Position numbers and translations under genes: made by a program. Shown here piece after piece: positions 9,886-22,481 of a stretch of 37,144 nt of DNA. The stretch is from NCBI RefSeq assembly GCF_001194135.2, contig NC_069007.1, positions 12,851,988-12,889,131 of the forward strand. The letters are read 5' to 3'. The notes beneath the pieces are model-generated. The model did no database searches and was not told the origin of the DNA. It worked only from the letters and a program-made list of their open reading frames with translations. Position 1 is the stretch's first letter; each line of letters starts with the position of its first letter. The stretch is from Octopus bimaculoides. Taxonomy: Eukaryota.

Positions 9886-11560
9886 TAGTTTCTGTGACGT
9901 TACTTGTCTCTATGTAGGGGTAGTTGGCCCTATGCAAGCCCTTTTTTTTACCCCCTGGGAAGAGGTAGTCCTTATCAGTTTGGCCCCTATCCTTTGACTT
10001 CTCCAGCATAGGATGCCCTGCCAGGAGCTTTGTGCTCCACTTGGTTCTCAGGTCAGTGAGGCATACACGCCACCACACTGCAACAAGAACTGGACCTTGT
10101 GGTTGCAAAAGAGTGACCCCTGGTAATGGCAGCAGTGATGTTGATGTTAAACTGAGGGATTCCACACAGCTTCTGTCTAGCAAATTACATTCTTTATTAT
10201 AGTATGAATTAGAGATTAATTAGGCAAGTGTGATGGGACAGATACAGTTTTTGTAATTAGTTATACTTTATCAAAATTGCAGCATTGTTATACAGTAAAT
10301 ACGAAGCATATGTATTACATATGTGTGTATATTCTTTTTTTTTTTCTTGTTTCAGTCATTTTGACTGTGGCCATGCTGGAGCACCACCTTTAGAAGGGTT
10401 TTAGTTGAACAAATCATCCCCAGGACTTATTTTAAGTCAAGTACTTATTCCAACAATCTTTTTGGCCTGAGACTATAGCAGAGGACACTTACCCAAGGTG
10501 TCACGCAGTGGAACTGAACCCGGAACCACGTGGTTGGGAAGCCAACTTCCTACCACAGTGCATTGCTGCAGCTACTTCTGTTCTGTTGAACCATGAGAGT
10601 TTCTTCTGCTGAGCCTTCTGGATTCAGTCTTCACATGCATAGGTAGGCATGTGTAGTATGCTAATTACACTGCTAGATGCTACTACTCTGTAACAAAGTG
10701 GACCTAAGAATCATAGTGGCTAAGAGGTGGTTCCATACTTGTCAAAACCCTGGAATTCCTGAACTGGGGCACCACTACCAATGAATTTTAACGTTATATC
10801 CTGAACAATCCCTGTTGTCCCTCTGTTAAAATGGAAACGCTTAGATTGTGGAAATGTGATTTTAACCATTTTTTAAAGAAATGGAAGAGCTGCAGTGGAA
10901 TTGTGTCATTGACTGAATCGCAGAAAAAAGATGAGACTTTGTTACATGGTTTGTGTAACGTAAACTTTTTTTTGCTTAATTAAATAATTTTATTGTTATA
11001 CTTGGGGATGACCATATTTTGTTAATTAAACACACACACACTATATATGGTCTTCACTTCAGCATTATTATTATTATTATTATATAGGTGGCGAGCTGGC
11101 AGAATTGTTAGCACACCGGCTGGAACGCTTAGCAGCTTTTCGTCCATCTTTACGTTCTGAGTTCAAATTCTGCCGAGGTCAACTTTGCTTTTCATCCTTT
11201 TGGGGGTCGATAAAATAAGTGGCAGTCGAACACTGGAGTCAACTACATTGACTCCTCTCCTCCCCTAAAATTGCTGCCCTTGTGGCAAAATTTAAAACCA
11301 TTAGTATTATTATTATTATTATTTTTATTATTATTATTATTTTAGTTTCTTTGTCAAAGCTCGTTTCGTCATACATCCTGTGACCTCTTCAGTAACTCTG
11401 TATCTCACATGCTCTCTTGTTCAGCGTAGTCCATTTTGTCTTTCTGTGATATCCCTCCTTATTTGTACATGTGTTTGTGTCTGTGTGTGTGTGTGTGTGT
11501 ATATGGATTTTGCTTACTACACTGTTTGCACCTGTTTCTTTTCTTTGATTACATTTCCAG

Positions 11561-11674
11561 TGTCATTGAAAGCATGTTATCCAACAATGTCCTGAGTAGT
11601 CAGTTCTCTCATGGGGAGTTTGCCTGCATCAGCCTTGCACAGATTGCTGCTCTCTGGCACACCTATGGCAAGAG
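11561..11674 (+). CDS. ANAPC5: ANAPC5 exon (N-VIESMLSNNVLSSQFSHGEFACISLAQIAALWHTYGK)
   Basis: ccag/gtaaga boundaries; 114 nt, phase 2-2; resembles human ...ISIAQKTAIWRLYGR. Confidence 0.92.
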
Positions 11675-12322
11675 GTAAGACATTCCTTTGTTTTATTTAT
11701 TCTTTTTGCTCATTTCATCATCAGACTTCTTAAGTCCGTTTTCCCTTTCTAAACCAGGAGTAAATCTTGGGAGCTTCATGTCATCATATTCTTGTCATCA
11801 TTTTTTGTTGTCATGGTTGCCTTTTTTAAAACAGGGTTATACCAGCAAAGGACCTTCTTGTCTCCTGCTATTTTAGTCACCTCTTACAACACATAGAAAC
11901 ATGTGTTTGGTTACTTTTCACCTTGTTTCAATCATTGGACTGCGGACATACTGGGGCGTCACATTGTAGAGCTGCATAAATCGATCCTAGTACTAATTTT
12001 TCGTTTTGAAGTCTGGTACTTAATTCTCTTGATCTATTTTGCCCAGCTACTAGGGTATGGTGATGTAAACAAACCAACACCGGTTGTCATGCAGTAATGG
12101 GACAGACACAGACATCCCGCCTCCCATACACCCACCTACACACATGAGGCTTCTACACAGTTTCTGTTTGCAAAATTTACTTACAAGGCATTGACTGGCC
12201 TGGGGGCTATAAGAGAGAAGACACTTGCCCAAAGTACTGTGCAGTGGGACTGAACCTGAAACCATGTGGTTTACAAAGGGAATTTCTTAACCATACTTAT
12301 ATTAAGTTTTTTTGCATTTTAA

Positions 12323-12542
12323 TCCTTTAACATTCAGATTTCTCTGTCAAATCTAATGCTTATTTAGTCACATTGACATTGTTTAGACATGCTTTACTTT
12401 GTGGCTTTGAGATTACAATGACGTCATTGTTTATTTTTAGAACGAGGTTGTAGGGTTGGTGTGAGAGGCTGGATCTGGCCAGTGTGAAGATAAAACAGGC
12501 AGATTATTTTGGCTGGATATGGCCAGTTTAAATGCTAGAGGG
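12323..12542. mobile_element. piggyBac-type MITE, family 1 (opposite orientation)
   Basis: Same body as 5379-5599 reversed; TTAA at 12319-12322 and 12543-12546. Confidence 0.75.
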
Positions 12543-12564
12543 TTAATATAGGTATTATCTTACT

Positions 12565-12890
12565 TCACTCACTGACTTGAAGTGGTTAAATGATGCTCCA
12601 ATGCATCCATCACAATGCCGCTTGTGGTCTCTGCTGGTCGGCCTGTGATTCTGCTTCTGTGTCCATAGCTTACATTGGGTTCAGCATTTGGAGTGAATAC
12701 CTTCTCCTTTTTTGCATATTCAGTGAAGTCATTTCCCTAAAGGCGCCTGGCACTTCAGATTCCTTCTTTTCTACTTGATGAAACCTTCGTCTTTGCTAAG
12801 TTTATATGAAAGCCTCCCAATTCTAGACTTTTCTTCCTTGCTCAGAATTTCCTCTTTAATTCCCGTGTAGATTCAGCTATAAGTACGTGT
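12565..12890 (-). mobile_element. Decayed RTE-type reverse transcriptase fragment with a Cys-rich segment
   Basis: VLIAESTRELKRKF...INLAKTKV then ICKKGEG...CTQCKLWT...CDGC remnants, with stops and frameshifts. Confidence 0.7.
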
Positions 12891-13770
12891 GTGTGTGTGT
12901 GTCTTTGGCTTTCTTGTTGTCCCCACCACCACCACCACCACTGCTTGACAACTGGTGTTGATTTGTTAGCATCTGTGCAACTTAGCAGTTTGCCAAAAAA
13001 GATCAATAGAACAAGTACCAACCCTTTAACATTCAAACCAGCCGTATACGGTCCAAATATTTCTACAAATCTTATGTTGAAACCATCCAGATCAAACCTC
13101 TCACACCTGCCCAACAAAGGTATTTGGAAAATAAACAATCATCATCATCATCATCAGTGAACATCTGTTTTCCATGCTGGCATGGGTTGGACGGTTTGAC
13201 TGGAGTAGGTAAGGCCAGGAGCTGCACCAGGCTCCATTGTCTGTTCTGGTATAGATTTTTTATAGCTGGATGCCCTTCCTAACACCAGCCACTTCATATA
13301 GTGTACTGGGTGCTTTTAACGTGGCACCAATTACATCATCGAAATCCCAGAGCTATGAGATAATCCATGATTATTTCAAAGCAAAAACAAGCATTGAATT
13401 TGACGGAGTAATCATCATCATCATCATCATTTAATGTCTGTTGTCCATGCTGGCATGGGTTGGACAGTTTGACCAGCACTGGTAAGCTGAGGGGTCTGCA
13501 CCAGAATCCTGCCTGATTTGGTATGGTTTCTATCAGTTGGATGCCCTTCCCAATGCCCACCACTCCAAGAGTAAACAATGCTAAATGGTTAAAAAGGGGT
13601 TGATTTGTTTTGACTAAAACCCTTCAAGGTGATGCCCCAGCATGGCCACAATCTAATGACCGAAACAAGTAAAAAGGAAATGAATATAACTTTGCTCATC
13701 TCTGACCCCATTTAAAATATTTATGTCTTTGTGTCTTTGGTAAGAAATTCCCTTCTGGTTGTCTTTGCAG

Positions 13771-13894
13771 AGAAAATTGTTCCCTTATCAGCCAATTGAT
13801 CCTCCATCTAGACACGTCAGATGCAGGAATCTATCGAAATGAAGAATCAGTTTGTATTGCCATGTGTAACTTGGCCAGGCATCATTTTGATCAG
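13771..13894 (+). CDS. ANAPC5: ANAPC5 exon (R-ENCSLISQLILHLDTSDAGIYRNEESVCIAMCNLARHHFDQ)
   Basis: tgcag/gtaacc boundaries; 124 nt; resembles human ...NNTESFAVALCHLAELHAEQ. Confidence 0.92.
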
Positions 13895-14862
13895 GTAACC
13901 CCAAATCCTTTGATTACAGCATTATCCATACACATGCATGTGTGTGTGTGAGAAGGTGTCTCTGTTTGTGAGTGTGCATGTGTGTATGGGTATGTTTGTG
14001 TGTGTGAGTGTATGCCTCTGTGTGTGAGCATACATGTGTGAGAGCATGTGTATGTGTGTGCCTGCATATTTGACAGTTTCTGTGTGAGTGTGTGTGTGTG
14101 TGTCTGCACATATGAGAGTTTGTGTGTGTGTGTGCACTTTTATGCATGTGTGTGTAATCTAAGATCAGAATGTTCATTATTAATCACAGCACCAGTGAGG
14201 CTAAAATCAATGAAGTATATACAATATGTATCGAATCAACACCTTTTTATTAACTTCCATAATATATTTTACATAAACCCTTCGCCATTGTCTTTGTAAT
14301 TCGCCCTTCTTGAGGCTCCTGTGGCAAACAAATGCAATTATTATTAAGTTGGCAAATGGCCATGACTACAATTCACTTGACTTGACGAGTTTTCTCAAAC
14401 ATGGTATATCATCGAATGTTTTGGTCACTTGTCATCGCTTCCATGAGGCCCAATATTTGAAGATCATGTTTCACCATCTCTCCATCCATATCTTCTTGGG
14501 TTTACCTTTGGTGAGCTGTCAGAATTGTTAGCACCCTTCACAAAATACTTAGCGGTATTTCGCCCATTGCTACGGTCTGAGTTCAAATTCTGCCGAGGTC
14601 TACTTTGCCTTTCACCCTTTCAGGGTCAATAAATTAAGTACCAGTGAAATACTGGGGTCGATGTGATTGACTAGTCCCCTCCCACCAAAATTTCAGGCCC
14701 TGTGCCTTTAATAGAAAGGATTATCACCTCCACATTAGCGAAGGCAGAGATATTGTTTTCAGTCATGTTTGTTTGTCCGTGGACAAGATATCTCAAGAAC
14801 TGCTGCTCAGCTAACAATTCTTCCAGCTTACTACCTTAATAATAATAATAAAAATAATAATG

Positions 14863-14912
<50 letters not shown>

Positions 14913-15298
14913 TTACCTATAGGGAGGGGTTAAGTCGCTTACATTTATTTATTTTTTTATTTATGTGCCCTTTTTAAAACCTAGTCAGGCTCATGGGCCC
15001 NNNNNNNNNNNNNNNNNNNNNNNNNNNNNNNNNNNNNNNNNNNNNNNNNNNNNNNNNNNNNNNNNNNNNNNNNNNNNNNNNNNNNNNNNNNNNNNNNNNN
15101 NNNNNNNNNNNNNNNNNNNNNNNNNNNNNNNNNNNNNNNNNNNNNNNNNNNNNNNNNNNNNNNNNNNNNNNNNNNNNNNNNNNNNNNNNNNNNNNTAAAA
15201 AGCTAAATTGTATTTTTAAAAAAAGTCTGTAAGATACAAAAAGAAACCACCATCTGCCAAAAATTTGAAGCCGTAATTATTATTATTGTTACTATTAA

Positions 15299-15705
15299 GG
15301 TGGTGAGCTGGCAGAATCGTTAGCACGCCAGGTAAAATGCTTAGTGGCGTTTCAGCTGTCTTTACATTCTGAGTTCAATATCCACCATGGTTGCCTTTGA
15401 CTTTCTTCCTTTCAGTGTCGATGAAATAAGTACCAGTTATGCATTGGAGTTAATGTAATCGACTTATCCCCTCCCCCAAATTTTCAGGCCTTGTGCCTTT
15501 AGTAGAAAGGATTATTATTATTAGTAGTAGTAGAATTTCATCCATCCTTACGTTCTGAGTTCAAATTCTGCTGAGGTCAGCTTTGCCTTTCATCCTTTCA
15601 GGGGTCGATGAAATAAATACCAGTTATGCACTGGGGTTAACGTGGTCGACTTATCCCCTCCTCTAAAATTTTAGGCCTTATGCCTATAGTAGAAAGGATT
15701 ATCAT
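15299..15705 (+). mobile_element. Two tandem SINE A copies, tail type 2 (...gaaaggattattatt)
   Basis: Same head and core as type 1 but a different 3' tail ending in (ATT)n. Other type-2 copies, approximate: 11087-11300, 14510-14724, 27727-27975, 27998-28217. Confidence 0.85.
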
Positions 15706-15725
15706 TATTATTGTTATTTTTTTAG

Positions 15726-15922
15726 GGTATGATTGATGTTGCTATGGTGATAGTGGAGGGTGCCAAAGAGAGATTCCCGGCAAATACTTCCTATGCCCAT
15801 ATATGGATGGCCACAGAACAGGAGATGAAGTTTACGTTGGCCGTCTACAGCAACAAGTGGAGTGATGCTGAGATGGCGTTGGTCAACCTAAAGGCTGTGT
15901 GTGAAACAGAAGCAGATATCAG
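15726..15922 (+). CDS. ANAPC5: ANAPC5 exon (GMIDVAMVIVEGAKERFPANTSYAHIWM...EADI)
   Basis: tttag/gtttgt boundaries; 197 nt; KERFP..S.HA.LWM motif of APC5. Confidence 0.93.
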
Positions 15923-16384
15923 GTTTGTAGCCAATATCTACCATCATTATAGGTGCAGGCATGGCTGTGTGGTAACAAGTGTGCATTCCTGCCGCATGGT
16001 TTCAGGTTCAGTCCCACTGGGGGCAAATGATTTCTACTATGGCATCAGGCTGACTAATACCTTGTGAATGGATTTGGTAGGCAGAAACTGAAAGAAGGCC
16101 GAAAGGTGTAAAAGGCAGTGAGCTGGCAGAATCGTTAGCACGCCGGGCGAAATGCTTAGCAGTATTTCATTCATCTTTACGTTCTGAGGTTGACTTTACC
16201 TTTCATCCTTTTGAGGTCAGTAAATTAAGTACCATTTATACACTAGTGTCGATCTAATCGACTTAATCTGTTTGTCTGTCCTTGTTTGTCCCCTCTATGT
16301 TTAGCCCCTTGTGGGCAATAAAGAAATAAAACTGAAAGAAGCTCGCCCTCCATGTGTGTGTTTTCTTGTCTTGATGTCACATGA

Positions 16385-16790
16385 TTCATCATCATTGTTT
16401 AACATCCATTTTCCATGCTGGCATGGGTTGGAAGGTGTGACAGGAGCTGAGCAGCTGAAGGGCTGCCCAGGCTCCCTGTTTGTTTTGCCATGGTTTCTAT
16501 GGCTGGATGCCCTTCCTGATGTCAACCACTTTATGGAGTATACTGGGTGCTTTTACACAGCACTGGTATGGGAGCTTTTTCTGTGGTACCAGCACTTACG
16601 AGCCTGCTAAATTAGGGATGCTCAGCTGGAGAGGGTTGCAAGGAACAAGCCTGTATGCAAGGGCAACCACGCTTTTACTTAACTTGGCGTGTCTTTTCAA
16701 GCACAACAAACTGCCAGGAGTCTTGGTCCCTTGTCATCTCGTCTGTGAGTCCCAACATTTGAAGATCCTTTCTCACCACTTTGTCACACA
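16385..16790 (-). mobile_element. RTE-type LINE 3' end with family C tail
   Basis: Same ORF-end remnant and tail as 9430-9885, reversed. Similar pieces at about 14410-14505 and 20395-20640. Confidence 0.65.
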
Positions 16791-17186
16791 CACACACCCA
16801 AATTGGAAAAACATAAACTTTATTTTTATGTATTCCTCACAGAATAATTTTATCACTTGGCTTTTCAGTTACAAGGACATTTTACATTATACTGCTTTGT
16901 AATGGACTGTTAGCCAAGTCCATATGAGGAGCTTACTGTGGTAGCTGCATTATTCCCTGAATCCATATCTTATGCTACTCATTTATATATAATTTTATAA
17001 TAATATAGATTCAATCAAAAGATTGAATGTGGTACTTAAAATGGTTGTGACACCAGAATTTGGTAGGGTAAAATCCAAAAGCAAAATCAAGAGATTTGGT
17101 GAATTAAATTTGAAGAAAATTATAATTTTATATATATTTTTCGCTTACAATGATTATATTTAATTAATGTATTTTTCATTCTGTAG

Positions 17187-17303
17187 ATGTGGTATTTTGT
17201 TAAAAGAAAGGGGCCAGGTCAACCAGGCCCTTACACACATGCACCAACTTCTTGAGAAATGTGAAAAGAACAGCAGTGAGACCACACCTTTCTATACATG
17301 TCG
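17187..17303 (+). CDS. ANAPC5: ANAPC5 exon (R-CGILLKERGQVNQALTHMHQLLEKCEKNSSETTPFYTC)
   Basis: tgtag/gtaagt boundaries; 117 nt, phase 2-2; TPR-like helix at the expected position. Confidence 0.88.
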
Positions 17304-17482
17304 GTAAGTCATCTAGTTGTGGTAATTTAACCCTAGGTCAGCCTGGATGCAACAGATCTTTGTTCAAAGATGTTCCAGATCACCAGATATCCTTCTTGTT
17401 ATTAAGACATAGGTGTATCTAAGACTACATTACCCAGAGCGTTCCTTTCTTGTTGTTTAACCCTAAGTTAACCTTGATCCAG

Positions 17483-17853
17483 TGGAGGCGCAATGGCCCA
17501 GTGGTTAGGGCAGTGGACTTGCGGTTTTGATTCCCAGACCGGGTGTTGTGAGTGTTTATTGAGCGAAAACACCTAAAGCTCCACGAGGCTCCGGCAGGGG
17601 ATGGTGGCGAACCCTGCTGTACTCTTCCACCACAACTTTCTCTCACTCTTACTTCCTGTTTCTGTTGTGCCTGTAATTCAAAGGGTCAACCTTGTCACAT
17701 TCTGTGTCACGCTGAATATCCCCGAGAACTACGTTAAAGGTACACGTGTCTGTGGAGTGCTCAGCCACTTGCACGTTAATTTCATGAGCAGGCTGTTCTG
17801 TTGATTGGATCAACTGGAACACTCGATGTCGTAAGCGACAGAGTGCCAACAAC
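17483..17853 (+). mobile_element. tRNA-derived SINE family E with (AAC)n tail
   Basis: Head tggaggcgcaatggcccagtggttagg...gattccc; 13-bp TSD aaccttgatccag (17470-17482 / 17854-17866). Confidence 0.85.
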
Positions 17854-18684
17854 AACCTTGATCCAGCAAATTTAGGAACAGATCTATTCTAGCTGAAACC
17901 ATTTGGTGTTTCATTCAGGCATGGTGTATCTAGTATCACATTATCTAATGTTCCCTTTCTCAACTTGCATCCAGCAGATTAATGATCAAAGTTGTTTCAA
18001 CTGGGATTATCCTGTGTTATTATTCAGGCATAGTGTATCTAGGACTACATAAAAGGTCATGAATGACCATGGAGTTGCACCTAGAAAGTTCCCCTTCTGG
18101 GCACAAGTCCGGGCAAGGTTGTTTATGGAAGACCAGCAGTTGTCCATGCACACCAGCCTCCCCTCTCCACACCACTGATGTTATCCAAGGGAAAGGCAAA
18201 GGAGCTGATACAATCGGCATCAGTGATGTTGTAACTCATCTCTACAGCTGAGTGAACTGGAGCAACGTGAAATAAAGTGTCTTGCTGAAGAACACAACAC
18301 ACATCCCAATCTGGGAATTGAACTCACTACCTCATGATTGTGAGCCCGATGTTCAAACCACTTAGTCATGCACCTTCACATATGCAGATGAACATATAGA
18401 TATACTTTAATCCCTCGNNNNNNNNNNNNNNNNNNNNNNNNNNNNNNNNNNNNNNNNNNNNNNNNNNNNNNNNNNNNNNNNNNNNNNNNNNNNNNNNNNN
18501 NNNNNNNNNNNNNNNNNNNATGATAGGTGAAAATCCTCAAAGTAGAAACAGTACTGTACTGTATATTTTTTATTTTTATAAATTGTATATATTTATTTTA
18601 TTATAAGTGCAAAACACCATGGAGGAATCGACATAAGCATAAATAAACCACGATATGGTGAGGGATTACTGTGTGTGTATGTAC

Positions 18685-18719
<35 letters not shown>

Positions 18720-19471
18720 CATGTGTCTGTATAAAGGCCCACTTTGGTCATGAATGTCCGTGGGATTGCACCTCGAAAGTTACCCTCTGAGGCACAAGTC
18801 CAGGCAAGGTTGTTTTATGGAAGACCAGCAGTTACCCATGCATACCAGCCTCCCCTCTCCATGCCACCGATGTTATCCAAGGGAAAGAAAGGCAAAGGGG
18901 CTGATACTGCTTGGTATCAGTGCCATCACAACTCATTTCTACAGATGAGTGAACTGGAGCAACGTGAAATAAAGTGTCTTGCTCAAGAACACAACACACA
19001 GCCTGGTCCAAGAATTGAACTCACTGCCTCATGATTGTGAGCCTGATGCTCTAACCACTGAGCTATGCTCCTTCACCTAGGACTACATTATCCAGTGTCT
19101 TTCCTTGTTTTTGATGTTGTTTAGCGCACATTTCTTATTGTTTCACCATCCATTTTGTATCACCCACCAGACTCAACACAACATTTTTCTACAATCCTTG
19201 CTACCCTCCATGTGCATCCCACTGGAATTCTCCAAAATACCCTTAAAAACACATTCAAAATATTTTACAGATGGCAGTTTAGTTGTAGGATAGATTCTAT
19301 CACTTTTCATCACCACCACTCTCTTCATAACCATTATCACCACCACCACGACTATCTTTATCATAAACCATTATTACCACCACCACTCTTCATAAACCAT
19401 TATCAAAACCACCACCATCATCACCCCACCTCATTCCCCATCATAATTGTCATTTTTCTTTTATTTTCCAG

Positions 19472-19619
19472 GGTGTTACTAGAACTTTCTGATATTCTAC
19501 GGAAATCAGGCAACTTGAGTATAGCCATATTTTATGTGTTGCGTTGTATCACATTGGCCAGAGATCACCATTTCCAGTACATCCTTAGTTTGGCCATTAT
19601 GCAGTTGGCACAAATACAG
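19472..19619 (+). CDS. ANAPC5: ANAPC5 exon (R-VLLELSDILRKSGNLSIAIFYVLRCITLARDHHFQYILSLAIMQLAQIQ)
   Basis: ccag/gtatgg boundaries; 148 nt; resembles human VLLSVAELYWRSSSPTIALPMLLQALALSKEYRLQYL...LAFAQ. Confidence 0.93.
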
Positions 19620-21115
19620 GTATGGTCCTCTAAGGTCTCTTTCTCTCTCTCTCTCTCACAAAGGCAGACCTAGTTGTATGCTTAAGAACCTCACATTGCA
19701 ATCATGTCATTTGGTGTTCAGTCCCATTTTGTGACACCTTTAGCAAATGTCTTCTACTATAGCTTGTATATATTTGTATGTGTGTGTGTTTGTATGTTCA
19801 TCTCCCCCCACCGCTTCACAACCAGTGTCTGTTTGTTTACATCCCTGTAACTTAGAAGCACGGCAAAAGAGACCAGTAGAATAAATACCAGACTTAAAAA
19901 TATGTACTGGGGTTGATTTGTTTGACCAAAACATTTTAAGGCGGTGCCCCAGTATGGCCACAGTTCAATGAATGAAACAAGTAAAAGATAAAACAAGCCA
20001 CATACATTACCACCACCATCACCACCACTTTCTTCTTCATTATTATGCCTGCTTTTTCCATGTCGGTTTGGCTTGATTGAGGTCCTCTTCAGGCAGTGCA
20101 TTCTACAACCAAATGCTTGTCTTGATGCCAACCCTTACTAGTCTTTGAGTAAAGCATTTTATTCCAATGTCTTTGAACGCTGAACTGCCAAACAGTACAT
20201 AAACAGATGTCATCAGTGCTCTAGCAGCGTCAATGTGAGAATGCATCATCATCATTATTTAGTGTCCATTGTTCGTGCCTTGAGAAGGGAGGATGCCCCA
20301 AACTGGGCAAGATGGTGTGAGGGCAGTTGCTTTGGCATCGAGGTAGATCCAGCCACCCTTGTTAACGGGGACAAAACCTGGATTTAAAATGATGGATGCT
20401 GGCATGGGTTGGATGGTTTGACTGGGGCTGGTAAGCTGGAAAGCTGCACCAGACTCCTCTGATTTTGCATGGTTTTCTGCACCCTTCCTAATGCCAACCA
20501 CTCCAAGAGTGTAATGGGTGATTTTATGTGCCATTTTGTATGACACCAGTATCTGCATGATTGCGATTTCACTCAGCTTGATGGGTCTTCTTCTCAAGCA
20601 TGACATACTGCCAAAGGTCTTGGTCATTGCCTCCGTGGGATCCAACACACATAAAAAGCACCTGTGCTGGTCCCACATACAAGTATCCATGCTGGTGCCA
20701 TGTAAAAGGCACCCGTACTGGTGATATGTAAAAAGCATCAAGGTCACTCTGTAAAGTGTTTTGTATTAGGAAGGGCATCCAGCCATAGAAACCTTACCTA
20801 AACATTGGAGCGTAGTGCAGCGCTCTGGCCTACCAGCTCTTGTCAAACTGTCCAACCTATGCATTGTAGGGAATTAGTGATAATGGTACACCCCTCCCAC
20901 GCAAAGAGTGGAATGAGGCAGTCACTATAAGTATGGTGACGACAGCCAGTATTGAGTGAGTACATGTAGACTGTGTTGATAGTTGTGGCTGTACTGAACT
21001 AGTAATTATACTATGATACTGAGTGGGCAATATAACACTCCAACCATTTGAGGATAACAACACTATGACTAGCGGGGGTGGTCTTACAGTGCCAGATAGA
21101 AACATCCTATTGACA

Positions 21116-21345
21116 GTGGTGAGCTGGCAGAAACGTTAGCACGCCGGGCGAAATGCTTAGCAGTATTTCGTCTGCCATTATGTTCTGAGTTCAAATTCTG
21201 CCGAGGTCGACTTTGCCTTTCATCCTTTTGGGGTCAATAAATTAAGTACCAGTTTCACACTGGGGTCGATCTAATCGACTTAATCCCTCTGTCTGTCCTT
21301 GTTTGTCCCCTCTATGTTTAGCCCCTTGTGGGCAATAAAGAAATA
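21116..21345 (+). mobile_element. tRNA-derived SINE family A, tail type 1 (...caataaagaaata)
   Basis: A-box TGGCAGAA, B-box GTTCAAAT, core gcctttcatcc...taagtaccag; 18-bp TSD agaaacatcctattgaca (21098-21115 / 21346-21363). Other type-1 copies, approximate: 7561-7794, 7797-7941, 16109-16326, 30902-31133, 33494-33714. Confidence 0.9.
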
Positions 21346-21495
21346 AGAAACATCCTATTGACAACTGTTATACAAAGACAGATACAACAGTGGAAAAAGA
21401 CTGCTCTCTAACACTATGCTAGCATGGAAAATGGTCATTAAATAATGATGATAATGAGTTCTAGTCGTGATTGTAATTTTGTCTTCCATTGACAG

Positions 21496-21661
21496 ATCTT
21501 GATGGGATTGCCTCATCTTGCAATTCCTATTCTCGAGGAGCAAATGATGAATATATTGACCAATGGCACTCTAGTGGACAAAGGCCGGATGCTTTACTGT
21601 TACTCAAGATGTACAGTGGCAGCTGCTAAAAAGAGTGAAGACCCTAAAGAAATAAAATCAG
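21496..21661 (+). CDS. ANAPC5: ANAPC5 exon (ILMGLPHLAIPILEEQMMNILTNGTLVDKGRMLYCYSRC...KEIKS)
   Basis: gacag/gtaaaa boundaries; 166 nt; DKGR motif as in human ILADGAILDKGRAMFLVAKC. Confidence 0.94.
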
Positions 21662-21863
21662 GTAAAATTTTGTTGTTTATTTGTTTGTTTCTTCTGTTTT
21701 TTTTAATATTCGCTATGGGGTTAAGAAATCTTCAACCACATGGTTTTGGATTCGGTTTCTTTGGGCAAATGTCTTCTGTAATCCCAGGCTGACCAAAGCC
21801 TTGTCAGTGGCTTTAGTACACAATGGTCTGAAAACCTGTCACATAGATAGGTATGTATGTATA

Positions 21864-22153
21864 TATGGGGTGGTATCAAAAAGTTCCTGGACTAGTTCTG
21901 TAGTGTGCCAACAGGTGGCAGCACACAGCAGTGATCTTCATGAGGCAGTGTTCTGAGTGACATTGCTGTGGTTACTTTGCATGTTGTGAAATTTGTGTTC
22001 TTGTCATCACATGTATGCTGTAGTCTGCGATTTTGTCATGGTCAGGAACAAAGCGCCAACATGAAATTTTGCATTAATCTTAGGAAGTCTGCTACAGAGA
22101 CATTGAGCAAGCTTTGGCAAGCTTACAATGATGAGGCAATGGGTCGTATGCAA
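21864..22153 (+). mobile_element. Mariner transposase 5' fragment (left TIR plus N-terminal HTH)
   Basis: gtggtatcaaaaagttcctggact TIR-like start. Translation EQSANMKFCINLRKSATETLSKLWQAYNDEAMGR matches the mariner EQRxxIKFCxxLGKSATET motif. Confidence 0.8.
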
Positions 22154-22481
22154 AGTTCTCAAGCAGTGGTGGGGGACAAACAGACACGCACACATACATA
22201 TATATACAGTGGGCTTCTTTCAGTTTCTGTCTGTTAAATCCACTCAAGGTTTTGGTCAGTCCAAGGCTATAGAAGCAAACACTTGCCTAAGGTGCGATGC
22301 AGTGGGACTGAACTTGGAGCCATGTTGCTGGGAAGCAAACTTCTTACCGCACAGCCTGCTAGCACCTCTTTTATCATTTGCAATATCTAATCTAGCCAAG
22401 CCAAGTCTTTCTTATTTCTGCTTCTTTTATTCTCTCGCCTCACCTGACTTAATCTAACTCTTCTTCTTCCTCCATTTCCAG

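Noticed and set aside
10560-10900. Unique-looking intronic stretch as a hidden ANAPC5 exon
   Set aside because: The flanking exons already join in phase and cover the expected protein; I saw no convincing ORF with splice sites.
19300-19430. CRISPR-like or other regularly interspaced array (also 29820-29880 and 32900-34140)
   Set aside because: The units are simple minisatellites or transposon duplications without unique spacers; eukaryotic context, no cas genes.
19155-19673. 172-aa His/Pro-rich ORF
   Set aside because: Only 19472-19619 is the ANAPC5 exon; the upstream part is a CAC/CAT minisatellite that happens to be open.
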